Positions 17,947 through 26,526 of a stretch of 60,654 nucleotides of DNA are shown here, piece by piece. The notes below the pieces were generated by a model. It was not told where the DNA came from. It was given only the letters and a program-made list of their open reading frames with translations, and did no database searches. The stretch is from a virus. Lineage: Duplodnaviria; Caudoviricetes. The position numbers and the translations under genes are program-made. The first letter of the stretch is position 1, and each line of letters opens with the position of its first letter. The stretch covers positions 1-60,654 of IMG/VR virus record IMGVR_UViG_3300023174_000180; one strand, written 5' to 3'.

Positions 17947-18306
17947 ATGCCTAATTACATTAGAATTAAACAACTTGATCAGCCAGAGTTAAGTGGTTTT
18001 GTCGCCAATACTATTGGGACTAGTGATTTTGTTGTGAATACTGCTAAAGATTTAGTTTCTGGTTTTGTTGTATCCTATAATGATCCTGCTGGTAATTTTA
18101 CTCTTAGATCTGGCGATCAAACTATAAGTGGAGTTAAAACTTTCTCTACTGGAATATTCGCTCCAAATTTAGTTTACAAAACTGGTAATCAAAATATCGA
18201 CGGAACAAAAACTTTTTCATCTTTACCAACTGTAAATGGTTCTGGCCTAGCGTTAAATCAAGATATAGATTTAAAAGCTATAGCTTATTCAATTGCTTTG
18301 GGATAA
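17947..18306 (+). CDS. short fibre-shaft repeat protein
   Basis: GDQTISGVKTF / GNQNIDGTKTF repeats; ends AIAYSIALG. Confidence 0.65.
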   Translation: MPNYIRIKQLDQPELSGFVANTIGTSDFVVNTAKDLVSGFVVSYNDPAGNFTLRSGDQTISGVKTFSTGIFAPNLVYKTGNQNIDGTKTFSSLPTVNGSGLALNQDIDLKAIAYSIALG

Positions 18307-18310
18307 AATG

Positions 18311-18316
18311 GTGTAA
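18311..18316 (+). promoter_or_regulatory. GTGTAA putative late-promoter motif
   Basis: 14 nt before ATG 18331. Confidence 0.7.
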
Positions 18317-18330
18317 TTTAAGGTAAATTT

Positions 18331-18861
18331 ATGAAACAAGCTGTAAATAGTTATTCTTTTGATGCGGTAAATAAAGAAATTGTATTAAATAATATTTTAG
18401 TTGATTTAGATCAAATTCTCCTTATCGCAAATACTACAAAAGCAATTCTTTATTATAATTTCGCGTCAGGATCTAGAATTAAAGCTTTAGTTAAAGATGG
18501 AGCTTCTACTTATTTAACTTTAGACGATGCTACTGATACTTCAGGAGCTAGTAATACTGATGCACTTATTATTTATTATGATGATCACATCAGAAATATT
18601 GGAACTTCCAGCACTTTTGGATCTTTCACAAGCATAACGTCTGCAACGTTAAAAGTAAGCAATACGAATAGAAAAGTTTTAACAATTTATAATCAAGGGC
18701 CAGGAAATTTATATTTATATTATGGCACAGGTGCTTCAGTTTCAAATTACTCAATAAAGCTCAGAATAGGAGATTATTTTGAAATAGATAAGTATACTGG
18801 ACTAGTATCTGCTATTTTTGATTCACCTGGAAGCGTTGCTAAAGTCACGGAGATTACATAA
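18331..18861 (+). CDS. virion structural protein (fibre adaptor-like)
   Basis: Beta-rich; RKVLTIYNQG...LYLYYG motif; within the fibre cluster. Confidence 0.55.
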   Translation: MKQAVNSYSFDAVNKEIVLNNILVDLDQILLIANTTKAILYYNFASGSRIKALVKDGASTYLTLDDATDTSGASNTDALIIYYDDHIRNIGTSSTFGSFTSITSATLKVSNTNRKVLTIYNQGPGNLYLYYGTGASVSNYSIKLRIGDYFEIDKYTGLVSAIFDSPGSVAKVTEIT

Positions 18862-19955
18862 TGCCCTTATTTCGTTCTGACTTCATATTTACTGGAGATC
18901 TAGACGTTTCATTGGGCAACAATAAAACATTCGGTAGATACTCTAATGGAGAAAAAATACCAGCTAGCGGTAAAACTCTTCCAGAAATTTTCCAATTAAG
19001 TTTAGTAGAGCCTATTAATCCCACAGTTTCATTAAACTCCAGCAGCGTGATAGGATTTAACCAAACTTCTATAAATAATACTTTAAGTGCTTCTAATATA
19101 ATAAATAGTTTAAACTCTTCTGTGCAAACTGGTTACATAGAATTCAGAAGAGGAGGTGGCTCTTGGACGAATCTAACTGGAAATCAATCTTCTTCTATTA
19201 ATTATAGTCATTCCTTAACAGATACAAATTTTAATACAAGCCCATTTAATTATAGATATGTAGTCACTGATACAATGGGTGGGACAAATACTGCCACATT
19301 AACAATCAATCCAGTTGCTTACGTTCCGCCAACTATTACAAATATTTCTATTGGCGCAGATGCAGATTTAGGAAATATTTCTACAACCTTAGCTGGAACA
19401 ATTAATAAAAATTCTGCTAATGTAGATTTAAGTAGTTATCAACTTCAATATCATACTGGAGATAATAATTGGACCAATATTGGTGTATCTACTTCTATTT
19501 CTAATTTAAATTTTAGTGTTTCTCATAATAATATAAATTTAGTAAATGCCACAACAATATCTTATAGAATCCAAATTGTAGACCAATATCAAATTACAAA
19601 TTTAAATTTGGGAACGAGATCATTCTTTTATAGAAATTATTTAGGATATAGTTCTAATACAGTTTTGACTTTAACTCAGGTTCAAAATCTAGCAAGTTCG
19701 ATCTTATCTAATTCAAAATCTAGAACAATTTCTTCAGTATCTGCTGGAGCAGCAAATTATACTTATTATTGCTATCAAGCTTCTCAAGGAGATTTATCTT
19801 CGATTATACAGGATAGTGCGTTTCAAGTATTGGGATCATTTATAAAACTAACAGATGTTGTAGGAGTAAATAACTACGGAGCAAATGTAACATATAGAGT
19901 TTATAGATCTAACTCTACAGATGCATTTACAAATGCTTCATTAGTTTTTAATTAA
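18861..19955 (+). CDS. beta-sandwich virion protein
   Basis: N/S/T-rich Ig-like repeats (YRYVVTD, YRIQIVD); C-terminal domain resembles that of 19958..21163. Confidence 0.6.
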   Translation: MPLFRSDFIFTGDLDVSLGNNKTFGRYSNGEKIPASGKTLPEIFQLSLVEPINPTVSLNSSSVIGFNQTSINNTLSASNIINSLNSSVQTGYIEFRRGGGSWTNLTGNQSSSINYSHSLTDTNFNTSPFNYRYVVTDTMGGTNTATLTINPVAYVPPTITNISIGADADLGNISTTLAGTINKNSANVDLSSYQLQYHTGDNNWTNIGVSTSISNLNFSVSHNNINLVNATTISYRIQIVDQYQITNLNLGTRSFFYRNYLGYSSNTVLTLTQVQNLASSILSNSKSRTISSVSAGAANYTYYCYQASQGDLSSIIQDSAFQVLGSFIKLTDVVGVNNYGANVTYRVYRSNSTDAFTNASLVFN

Positions 19956-19957
19956 AT

Positions 19958-21163
19958 ATGGCTATTAATTTACCAGACGTCGTTCAGCATAATAATCAAC
20001 TAAACGCAATAGTCGATTCTAATTTTGTTAGAGGTGGTACAAGATCTGTTGCCAATTTAACTGAATTATATCAAATAGGTAGCGGCGCAAATAGCAAAGT
20101 AGATCAGCTTAAAGAAAATGTTACAAGAGTATACGTAAGTGGTGAAAATAAATTTTATTTATTAAAAAATATAAATAGTAGAACAACTTCTGCTGGTTGG
20201 CAACCTGAAAATTATGTTTATACTACTGGAACTCAAACTATAAGTGGAGCAAAAACTTTTACAAATTTAATTACTGCAAATCAATTAAGCATGTTTGATG
20301 TAGATTTGTTCCAAATTTCTGGAGTTAATTTAGAAATATATGATGGAAATGTTAATTTTAAAATTAGACCAACTGTTAATGGTTCTGGAATACAATTAAG
20401 AGGAGAAGTCGCTGATGCTCCACCAAGTTTAAATTTTAATGGTAATAGAAATATAAAAAGAGGCACTTTCCCTTCTGGAGTAAATGCAGGTGGTTCAGAT
20501 ATAATCAGTTTTGTAAATAATGTATTTTTTCCGACTGTGCCTTTATCAATATCTTTAAAAGATAGCCCATTATTGACAGGAGGAATACAAAATTATAGAA
20601 TAACTTTTACAGGATCAATAAACGGTAATGATGAATCTGATGCAGCTTTAGGAGCATTAATAGCTACAGATATTTCTAGTAACCAAACTGTATTTGTGGA
20701 CCCGACTCCACAATTTGGTAATTTTTATTACACAGGATCATATAACGTATCTCAGGACACAGCTATAAAAGTTGATCTCTCTTATTTTAAAGGTACTGAA
20801 AAACAAATTTCTCAAAACGCTAGTATATTATTTGAGTATCCAATGTATTACGCTACTGGTGCTGATAACTTATCTTTTAACCAAATACTTTATGTAAATT
20901 CAGAGTCTAACCAAGGATTAAGACCAGGAGTAGTTATTAAATTAGAAGAAAAATCTGATAAAAAAATTGTATTTAATACAAATAATGAAATTATGTATGC
21001 AGTATTTCCATCTAGTTGGGGAGAGGTAACTAGCATTAAAGATCCAAATGGATTAGAAAATTCAGCAGGATGGCAATTATATTTGCAACCTTCTAATTTC
21101 TATGTTTACAAATCAAGGTATTATTCTAGTGTATCTAACTTTGAATTGACATTTAAATACTAA
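19958..21163 (+). CDS. fibre protein
   Basis: GTQTISGAKTF and RPTVNGSG shaft motifs. Confidence 0.6.
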   Translation: MAINLPDVVQHNNQLNAIVDSNFVRGGTRSVANLTELYQIGSGANSKVDQLKENVTRVYVSGENKFYLLKNINSRTTSAGWQPENYVYTTGTQTISGAKTFTNLITANQLSMFDVDLFQISGVNLEIYDGNVNFKIRPTVNGSGIQLRGEVADAPPSLNFNGNRNIKRGTFPSGVNAGGSDIISFVNNVFFPTVPLSISLKDSPLLTGGIQNYRITFTGSINGNDESDAALGALIATDISSNQTVFVDPTPQFGNFYYTGSYNVSQDTAIKVDLSYFKGTEKQISQNASILFEYPMYYATGADNLSFNQILYVNSESNQGLRPGVVIKLEEKSDKKIVFNTNNEIMYAVFPSSWGEVTSIKDPNGLENSAGWQLYLQPSNFYVYKSRYYSSVSNFELTFKY

Positions 21164-21164
21164 T

Positions 21165-24100
21165 ATGAATACAGGAATACCATTAACACTAAACTTTGAT
21201 CTAAAAGCTCCTCTTCCTTTGGACCAAAGATTATCAGTAAATGTAACAGGAGAATTAAATTCTATAATTCAACCATATTCTGGCATGCCAGTCTACTCTG
21301 CTGATACTCAAAAAATGTATTATTTAAAAAATATAGTAAATAATCAAAAATCTTGGGTAGAATTTCCACCTTCAGATGAATTAGTAAAAAACTATGGTAA
21401 TGAAACTATAAATGGAATTAAAACTTTTTCATCTCGTCCAAACGTAAATGGAAGTGGATTTTTAGTGCAAGGTGATATCACACTAGGAGACGTAATTGGT
21501 ATTCCAAATTTTCCAACAAATGCAGTATATAATGATAATTTACTAATGAGTTGTGCTCCCAGTGGATACTTAACAGGAGATGGATATAGTGGAAATTATG
21601 ATGGTGGATATTTCTTTGGAAGAACAAAGATAACTCAAAATACAACTAGAATACTAGAAAGTAGCATAGGTGATAATTTTATTCCAGTGACAGGAACATC
21701 AGTACTGAATGGCTCTTCATTTTCGGGAGCATGGAGATGGTTGTCTTGCAGTAGTGACGCCAAATATATTACAGCTTCTCGTGACTCCAATAACCTTTAC
21801 TCATCAAATGATTTTGGAAGAACTTGGTATACAACAGCTAAAAATATTGGTAATAAAAATTGGAGAGGAATAGCTATGAGTGCTGATGGAAAGTATCAAA
21901 CCGCTGTTTCTACTTCTGAATTTAGTATACAAGGTGTTTTAGCAGTTTCAAATAACTATGGTATTTCTTGGGTAACTAAATACGAAAATACAAATCAGTG
22001 GGTAACACCTGCTATAAGTTCTGATGGAAAATATCAAACTGTTATTTATAGCAATGGAAACCCAGGGCCAGTTTATATTTTTAGATCTACCAATTATGGA
22101 GAAAGCTTTAGTCAAGTTGGCCCAATTGCTAATTCAGTAGCAATAGCAGCTTTAAGATTTATAACAATGAGCAGCGATGGAAAATATCAAACTATTGTTG
22201 CAAGTAAATATATTTTAACTTCTTCTGACTATGGGTTGACTTGGAGACAAGCGTATGTAGCTCCTACAAACATACCCTTCTTTTCAGTTTCTATGACCAC
22301 AAATGGAAGGTTTCAAATAGTTTCAACCTCTGGTGGAACTAGTTTTAATGGGCAAGTTTATGTTTCTAATGACTATGGAAACACTTGGAACATGGTAAAA
22401 GACTTTGGTCGAAATATTAGTTTGACTTCAATTTCTAATAGTGATCATGGTAGACTGATATTAATGAGCATGAAAAATGGATTTATTTTCACTTCTACTG
22501 ATTACGGAAACAATTGGAATGTTAAAACTACAAAACTAAATAATACTACTATTCTTACATCTGCAATTTTAGATACTACAACTGCCAATATTAATGTGGC
22601 TTCGTCAGCTGGAATGTCTATAGTGGATACTAGTGGAAGTAATTTTTTATTAATCGACGATGAAATTTTATATATAACTGCGATCAATGGAAACACTCTT
22701 ACAGTCACTAGAGCATACGCTGGTACAAGAGCATCAACACACGCAAATGGAGCTACAGTTATACTTTCAAATGACTGGCGAAGAACAGCAATTAGCAATG
22801 ATGGTAAATCTTTAATTGCATGTGATAATAATTTTGGTGATCCAGCGACTAATACAAAAGGCGGATATATTTATATTTCTGCAACTGATGAGAAAGTTGA
22901 TGGGAATTTTTATGCAGATAATTTAGTTTATAATGTTGGAAATCAAAATATAAGTGGAGTCAAAAATTTTATTAGTCGTCCACAATTTAATGGATCAAAT
23001 CTTGCAACTACTGCAGATGTACAAGGGGGGATTATTACTGATTATGTTAATTTAACTACATCTCAAAATATCGCAGGAGTAAAAAACTTTACTAGTCGTC
23101 CACAATTTAATACAGCAGACTTAGCTACTGTCTCACAAATTCCTACCAACACAACTTACGTTGATATGACGACAAATCAAACTGTTGTAGGTGTGAAGAA
23201 CTTTAGTAATCGTCCACAGTTTAACAGCGCAGATCTAGCTACCGTCTCACAAATTCCTACCAACACAACTTACGTTGATTTAGCTAGTACTCAAACAATT
23301 CCAGGGGATAAAACTTTCAGCAATGCTCCAAAGGTTTCAGTTGCAGGAGTCCCAAGAGCTTTGGCTATAAAAAATGAAACTGTAGATTTGACTACAGCTC
23401 AAACTGTTGCAGGTGTTAAGAACTTTAGTAGTCGTCCACAGTTTAATGGCATGGATTTAGCAACCACTGGTGAAGCAGCAGCGGGAGGAGGAGGAGCAGC
23501 TATTACTGATTACGTTAAACTTACAACAGATCAAACTATCGCTGGAACTAAAACGTTTTCTAGCACTATAGTTGGATCAATTAATGGTAACGCTGCTACT
23601 GTGACTAACGGAGTTTATACTGCTGGAGATCAAACTATCGGTGGAGTTAAAACGTTTAATAATACTCCAAAAGTTTTAGTTTCAGCGGTATCAAAATCTT
23701 TAGCTTTAAAAGACGATGTTGTAGATTTAACTACAGCTCAAACTGTCGCAGGTGTGAAGAACTTTAGTAGTCGTCCACAGTTTAACAGCGCAGACTTAGC
23801 TACGGTCTCACAAATTCCTACCAACACAACTTACGTTGATATGACTACAGCTCAAACTGTCGCAGGTGTGAAGAACTTTAGTAGTCGTCCACAGTTTAAC
23901 AGCGCAGACTTAGCTACGGTCTCACAAATTCCTACCAACACAACTTACGTTGATATGACGACAAATCAAACTGTTGCAGGAACTAAAACATTTTCTTCTG
24001 CACCAACATTTAGCGCAGGAGCTGATTTTAATTCAAATAAAATAGCAAACGCTATACCAGAAACAGTATCTGTTACAGCTAATTTGACTTTAGATGCAAC

Positions 24101-24347
24101 TTATAATGGTAAAATAATTTTAGCAAATTCAGCATCAGCATTTACAATTACTGTTCCCTCAACTCTGACTGCAGGGTTTAATGTTTCTGTTATACAGCAA
24201 GGAGCTGGACAAGTAACAATTTCTCCAGGAGCAGGTGTAACATTAAATAGCTTTAATAATCAATATAAGACTGGTGGACAATATGCAGCGTTATCAATAT
24301 TAGCTTTAAGTAGTAGCACTTTTATAATGTATGGGAATACAGCATGA
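21165..24347 (+). CDS. large fibre/receptor-binding protein with BNR (Asp-box) propeller and 38-aa shaft repeats
   Basis: Repeated SxDYGxTW and SxDGKYQT; QTVAGVKNFSSRPQFN repeats; C-terminal fibre-tip-like domain (VIQQGAGQVTI...GQYA). Confidence 0.85.
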   Translation: MNTGIPLTLNFDLKAPLPLDQRLSVNVTGELNSIIQPYSGMPVYSADTQKMYYLKNIVNNQKSWVEFPPSDELVKNYGNETINGIKTFSSRPNVNGSGFLVQGDITLGDVIGIPNFPTNAVYNDNLLMSCAPSGYLTGDGYSGNYDGGYFFGRTKITQNTTRILESSIGDNFIPVTGTSVLNGSSFSGAWRWLSCSSDAKYITASRDSNNLYSSNDFGRTWYTTAKNIGNKNWRGIAMSADGKYQTAVSTSEFSIQGVLAVSNNYGISWVTKYENTNQWVTPAISSDGKYQTVIYSNGNPGPVYIFRSTNYGESFSQVGPIANSVAIAALRFITMSSDGKYQTIVASKYILTSSDYGLTWRQAYVAPTNIPFFSVSMTTNGRFQIVSTSGGTSFNGQVYVSNDYGNTWNMVKDFGRNISLTSISNSDHGRLILMSMKNGFIFTSTDYGNNWNVKTTKLNNTTILTSAILDTTTANINVASSAGMSIVDTSGSNFLLIDDEILYITAINGNTLTVTRAYAGTRASTHANGATVILSNDWRRTAISNDGKSLIACDNNFGDPATNTKGGYIYISATDEKVDGNFYADNLVYNVGNQNISGVKNFISRPQFNGSNLATTADVQGGIITDYVNLTTSQNIAGVKNFTSRPQFNTADLATVSQIPTNTTYVDMTTNQTVVGVKNFSNRPQFNSADLATVSQIPTNTTYVDLASTQTIPGDKTFSNAPKVSVAGVPRALAIKNETVDLTTAQTVAGVKNFSSRPQFNGMDLATTGEAAAGGGGAAITDYVKLTTDQTIAGTKTFSSTIVGSINGNAATVTNGVYTAGDQTIGGVKTFNNTPKVLVSAVSKSLALKDDVVDLTTAQTVAGVKNFSSRPQFNSADLATVSQIPTNTTYVDMTTAQTVAGVKNFSSRPQFNSADLATVSQIPTNTTYVDMTTNQTVAGTKTFSSAPTFSAGADFNSNKIANAIPETVSVTANLTLDATYNGKIILANSASAFTITVPSTLTAGFNVSVIQQGAGQVTISPGAGVTLNSFNNQYKTGGQYAALSILALSSSTFIMYGNTA
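23730..23957 (+). repeat. 2 x 114-nt tandem repeat, with diverged copies from ~22930 to ~24000
   Basis: Units start at 23730 and 23844 and appear identical; encode TTAQTVAGVKNFSSRPQFNSADLATVSQIPTNTTYVDM. Confidence 0.9.
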
Positions 24348-25141
24348 TAGTATTACCCTCCGTTCAAGCTGGTATAACTGGATATTCTGGAGTAGATTTA
24401 GACTTTAAGAATTATATTTCTAAAATAGAAACTGCAGATGCAGCGAGTTTAGAGACAACAACAAAAGATGCTATTAAAGCTTTTATTTTAGGTTGTAAAT
24501 TTGATGGAATTTGGTCATCTATAATTTCTTGTGCTATTTTTGCTGGAGCAAGGACCTTAAATGGAGCATTATCCACTCTAAAAGGTAGTGCATTAACTAA
24601 TAATTTATTTGTTACAGCTAATTATAATAGACAATCTGGACTTTTAGGAGGAACAGGCAAATTTTTAAATACAAATTTAACTAATACTATTGATGCCACA
24701 AATAGAAATACTGTTCATGCCGCTACATATACTACTACTGCTGCTAGTGGTGGATATACTTTAGGAAGTGACACGGCTCAAAATGGAACTATAGCATTAA
24801 GACCATATAGCGGTGCTACATCAGTTTTTAGAGCTCACAATGGAGGAAGCTTTGATAGTACTGGTGCTGTTGTTGGTTTTGCTGGAGTCAGTAGGTCTGT
24901 CTCAACTGATATAAATTTATATTATAAAACTTCAACTGGATACTTTTCTGGAACAAGTGTATCAAGTTCAGTAGCAGTAACTGTTCCTACTAATATTTAT
25001 GTATTTGATAGATTTAATACAGGTATTCCATATAGTAATAGAATTGCATTTTACAGTGTCGGCACTCATTTAGATTTAGTAAAACTAGAAGCAAGAGTAA
25101 AAACTTTAATTGATACTTATGTATCTTTAGGTTTGGTATAA
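24344..25141 (+). CDS. putative fibre-tip / receptor-binding protein; homologous to the C-terminal domain of 26527..30057
   Basis: FILGCKFDGIW...AGARTLNGAL...NYNR...IAFYSVG...LDLVKLEAR. Confidence 0.6.
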   Translation: MIVLPSVQAGITGYSGVDLDFKNYISKIETADAASLETTTKDAIKAFILGCKFDGIWSSIISCAIFAGARTLNGALSTLKGSALTNNLFVTANYNRQSGLLGGTGKFLNTNLTNTIDATNRNTVHAATYTTTAASGGYTLGSDTAQNGTIALRPYSGATSVFRAHNGGSFDSTGAVVGFAGVSRSVSTDINLYYKTSTGYFSGTSVSSSVAVTVPTNIYVFDRFNTGIPYSNRIAFYSVGTHLDLVKLEARVKTLIDTYVSLGLV

Positions 25142-25152
25142 TAATTAATTAT

Positions 25153-25190
25153 TAGATTTTAATATTATATATTAATATAATATAGTGTAA
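25153..25190 (+). promoter_or_regulatory. tandem sigma70-like promoter (TAGATT-N17-TATAAT) and GTGTAA motif (25185-25190)
   Basis: Both elements precede ATG 25197. Confidence 0.6.
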
Positions 25191-25196
25191 TCTTTT

Positions 25197-25487
25197 ATGA
25201 GGAATATGTTGTCTAAAATATTTGGCCCTAATTGGAGATCTAGCACATCTGGAATATTAACTGTTGTCGCTATCTCTACTGCAATGTCGATACATATGGA
25301 TCCAGCATTAGTATCTTTTTTACCAGATCATATAGAAAATTATATAGTAGGAATTTCAAGAGTTGTAGCTGTAGTAAGCGGAATAATTTTTTCTCTCACA
25401 GTAAAAGATGCAAAAGTCACAGGAGGCACAGTAGCTTCCACAACTGAAGCAGAGGAAAGAATACACCCACATGGAGATCATATATGA
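25197..25487 (+). CDS. putative holin
   Basis: 96 aa, two TM helices, NWRSSTSG...VKDAKVTGG; first gene of a membrane/lipoprotein cluster. Confidence 0.6.
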   Translation: MRNMLSKIFGPNWRSSTSGILTVVAISTAMSIHMDPALVSFLPDHIENYIVGISRVVAVVSGIIFSLTVKDAKVTGGTVASTTEAEERIHPHGDHI

Positions 25488-25933
25488 ATAAATTAAATTT
25501 AATTGCCGTTTGTTTTTTAACTTTGTTTCTTGGTGCTTGCGCCACAACCAATACTGGAAAAGTTGATGTTGTGACAAGTGTTGAAAATACTCTTCCTTAT
25601 GTTAAGCCAGCGGTTGTATTAGCTTGTACAGTAGTACTTGATCAAGCCGTTTCTGGAAATGATAGAATTGAAAAAGCCAAGATGATTAATCATGTTGCAA
25701 CTATTGTAGAAGGATTAACAGTTGGAACTGCTCCAACTCCAGCTCAATTACAAAAAGCTTTAAATGATTATCTTCCAGAAGAAAAAACTCATTGGGTAAA
25801 CTATGTTAGTGTTATTAAAGATATTTATGCTCAACAATTTGCAAGACTAGATGGCAATACTGCACTTGCTATTAAGGTACTTAACGCTATTGCATCTGGA
25901 TGTAAAGATGCTACAGCAAGTTACGTAGAGTAA
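25484..25933 (+). CDS. lipoprotein
   Basis: Signal peptide with lipobox LGAC. Confidence 0.75.
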   Translation: MNKLNLIAVCFLTLFLGACATTNTGKVDVVTSVENTLPYVKPAVVLACTVVLDQAVSGNDRIEKAKMINHVATIVEGLTVGTAPTPAQLQKALNDYLPEEKTHWVNYVSVIKDIYAQQFARLDGNTALAIKVLNAIASGCKDATASYVE

Positions 25934-25935
25934 TT

Positions 25936-26136
25936 ATGCCAACTGGAATACTTCAAGCATTACTCTCAGCAGTCTCTGGAATATTCTCAGCAATTAATAA
26001 TGTATTCGGTGCAAAGAATACAAAAGAGATGAAAGAGCGACAAGAAGCTCAAAAAGAAGTTGACCATCAAAGTGAAATAGAAAAAGCTGTTAAGGAGAAA
26101 AATCTTGAAGAAGTTCGCAAACGTATTAGTTCTTAA
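25936..26136 (+). CDS. putative inner-membrane spanin-like protein
   Basis: N-terminal hydrophobic helix plus charged coiled coil; overlaps the following lipoprotein. Confidence 0.45.
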   Translation: MPTGILQALLSAVSGIFSAINNVFGAKNTKEMKERQEAQKEVDHQSEIEKAVKEKNLEEVRKRISS

Positions 26137-26521
26137 TTTTCTTCTAATTGGTTGCGCGACTGTCACACCAAATAAAATAGAAGATGATAAGTCTTCGTAT
26201 GACGCAAGTACTCCAAAACAATATCAAAAAGATAATGGCGGATTAATTTCTTTTGTTGGAGATGATGCAGTTATTACTTCTCAGGCGCGTGAACGATATA
26301 ATAATCTTATTGGTATGTATAAAATTAAATTTAAAAAAGAAAAAGCAATAGAACTAAAAGAAGATTCTGGTATTAAGTCTTATAGAGATAATTTTAATAA
26401 TGATCTCTATCTTATTAATAGTGAACATCTCGTTTATTTTGGTGTTATGAACAGTTGGTTAAAAGAAAAAGTCCCAGCAGATACTATAATAGACAAGACT
26501 ATAGATAAAATAAATAATTAA
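26105..26521 (+). CDS. lipoprotein, putative outer-membrane spanin-like
   Basis: TTG start inside the previous gene; lipobox LIGC. Confidence 0.55.
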   Translation: MKKFANVLVLNFLLIGCATVTPNKIEDDKSSYDASTPKQYQKDNGGLISFVGDDAVITSQARERYNNLIGMYKIKFKKEKAIELKEDSGIKSYRDNFNNDLYLINSEHLVYFGVMNSWLKEKVPADTIIDKTIDKINN

Positions 26522-26526
26522 AAATC

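Noticed and set aside
22930-24000. DGR template/variable repeat or CRISPR array
   Set aside because: Repeats are in-frame coding units without unique spacers, differences are not adenine-specific, and no reverse transcriptase or cas gene is in the window
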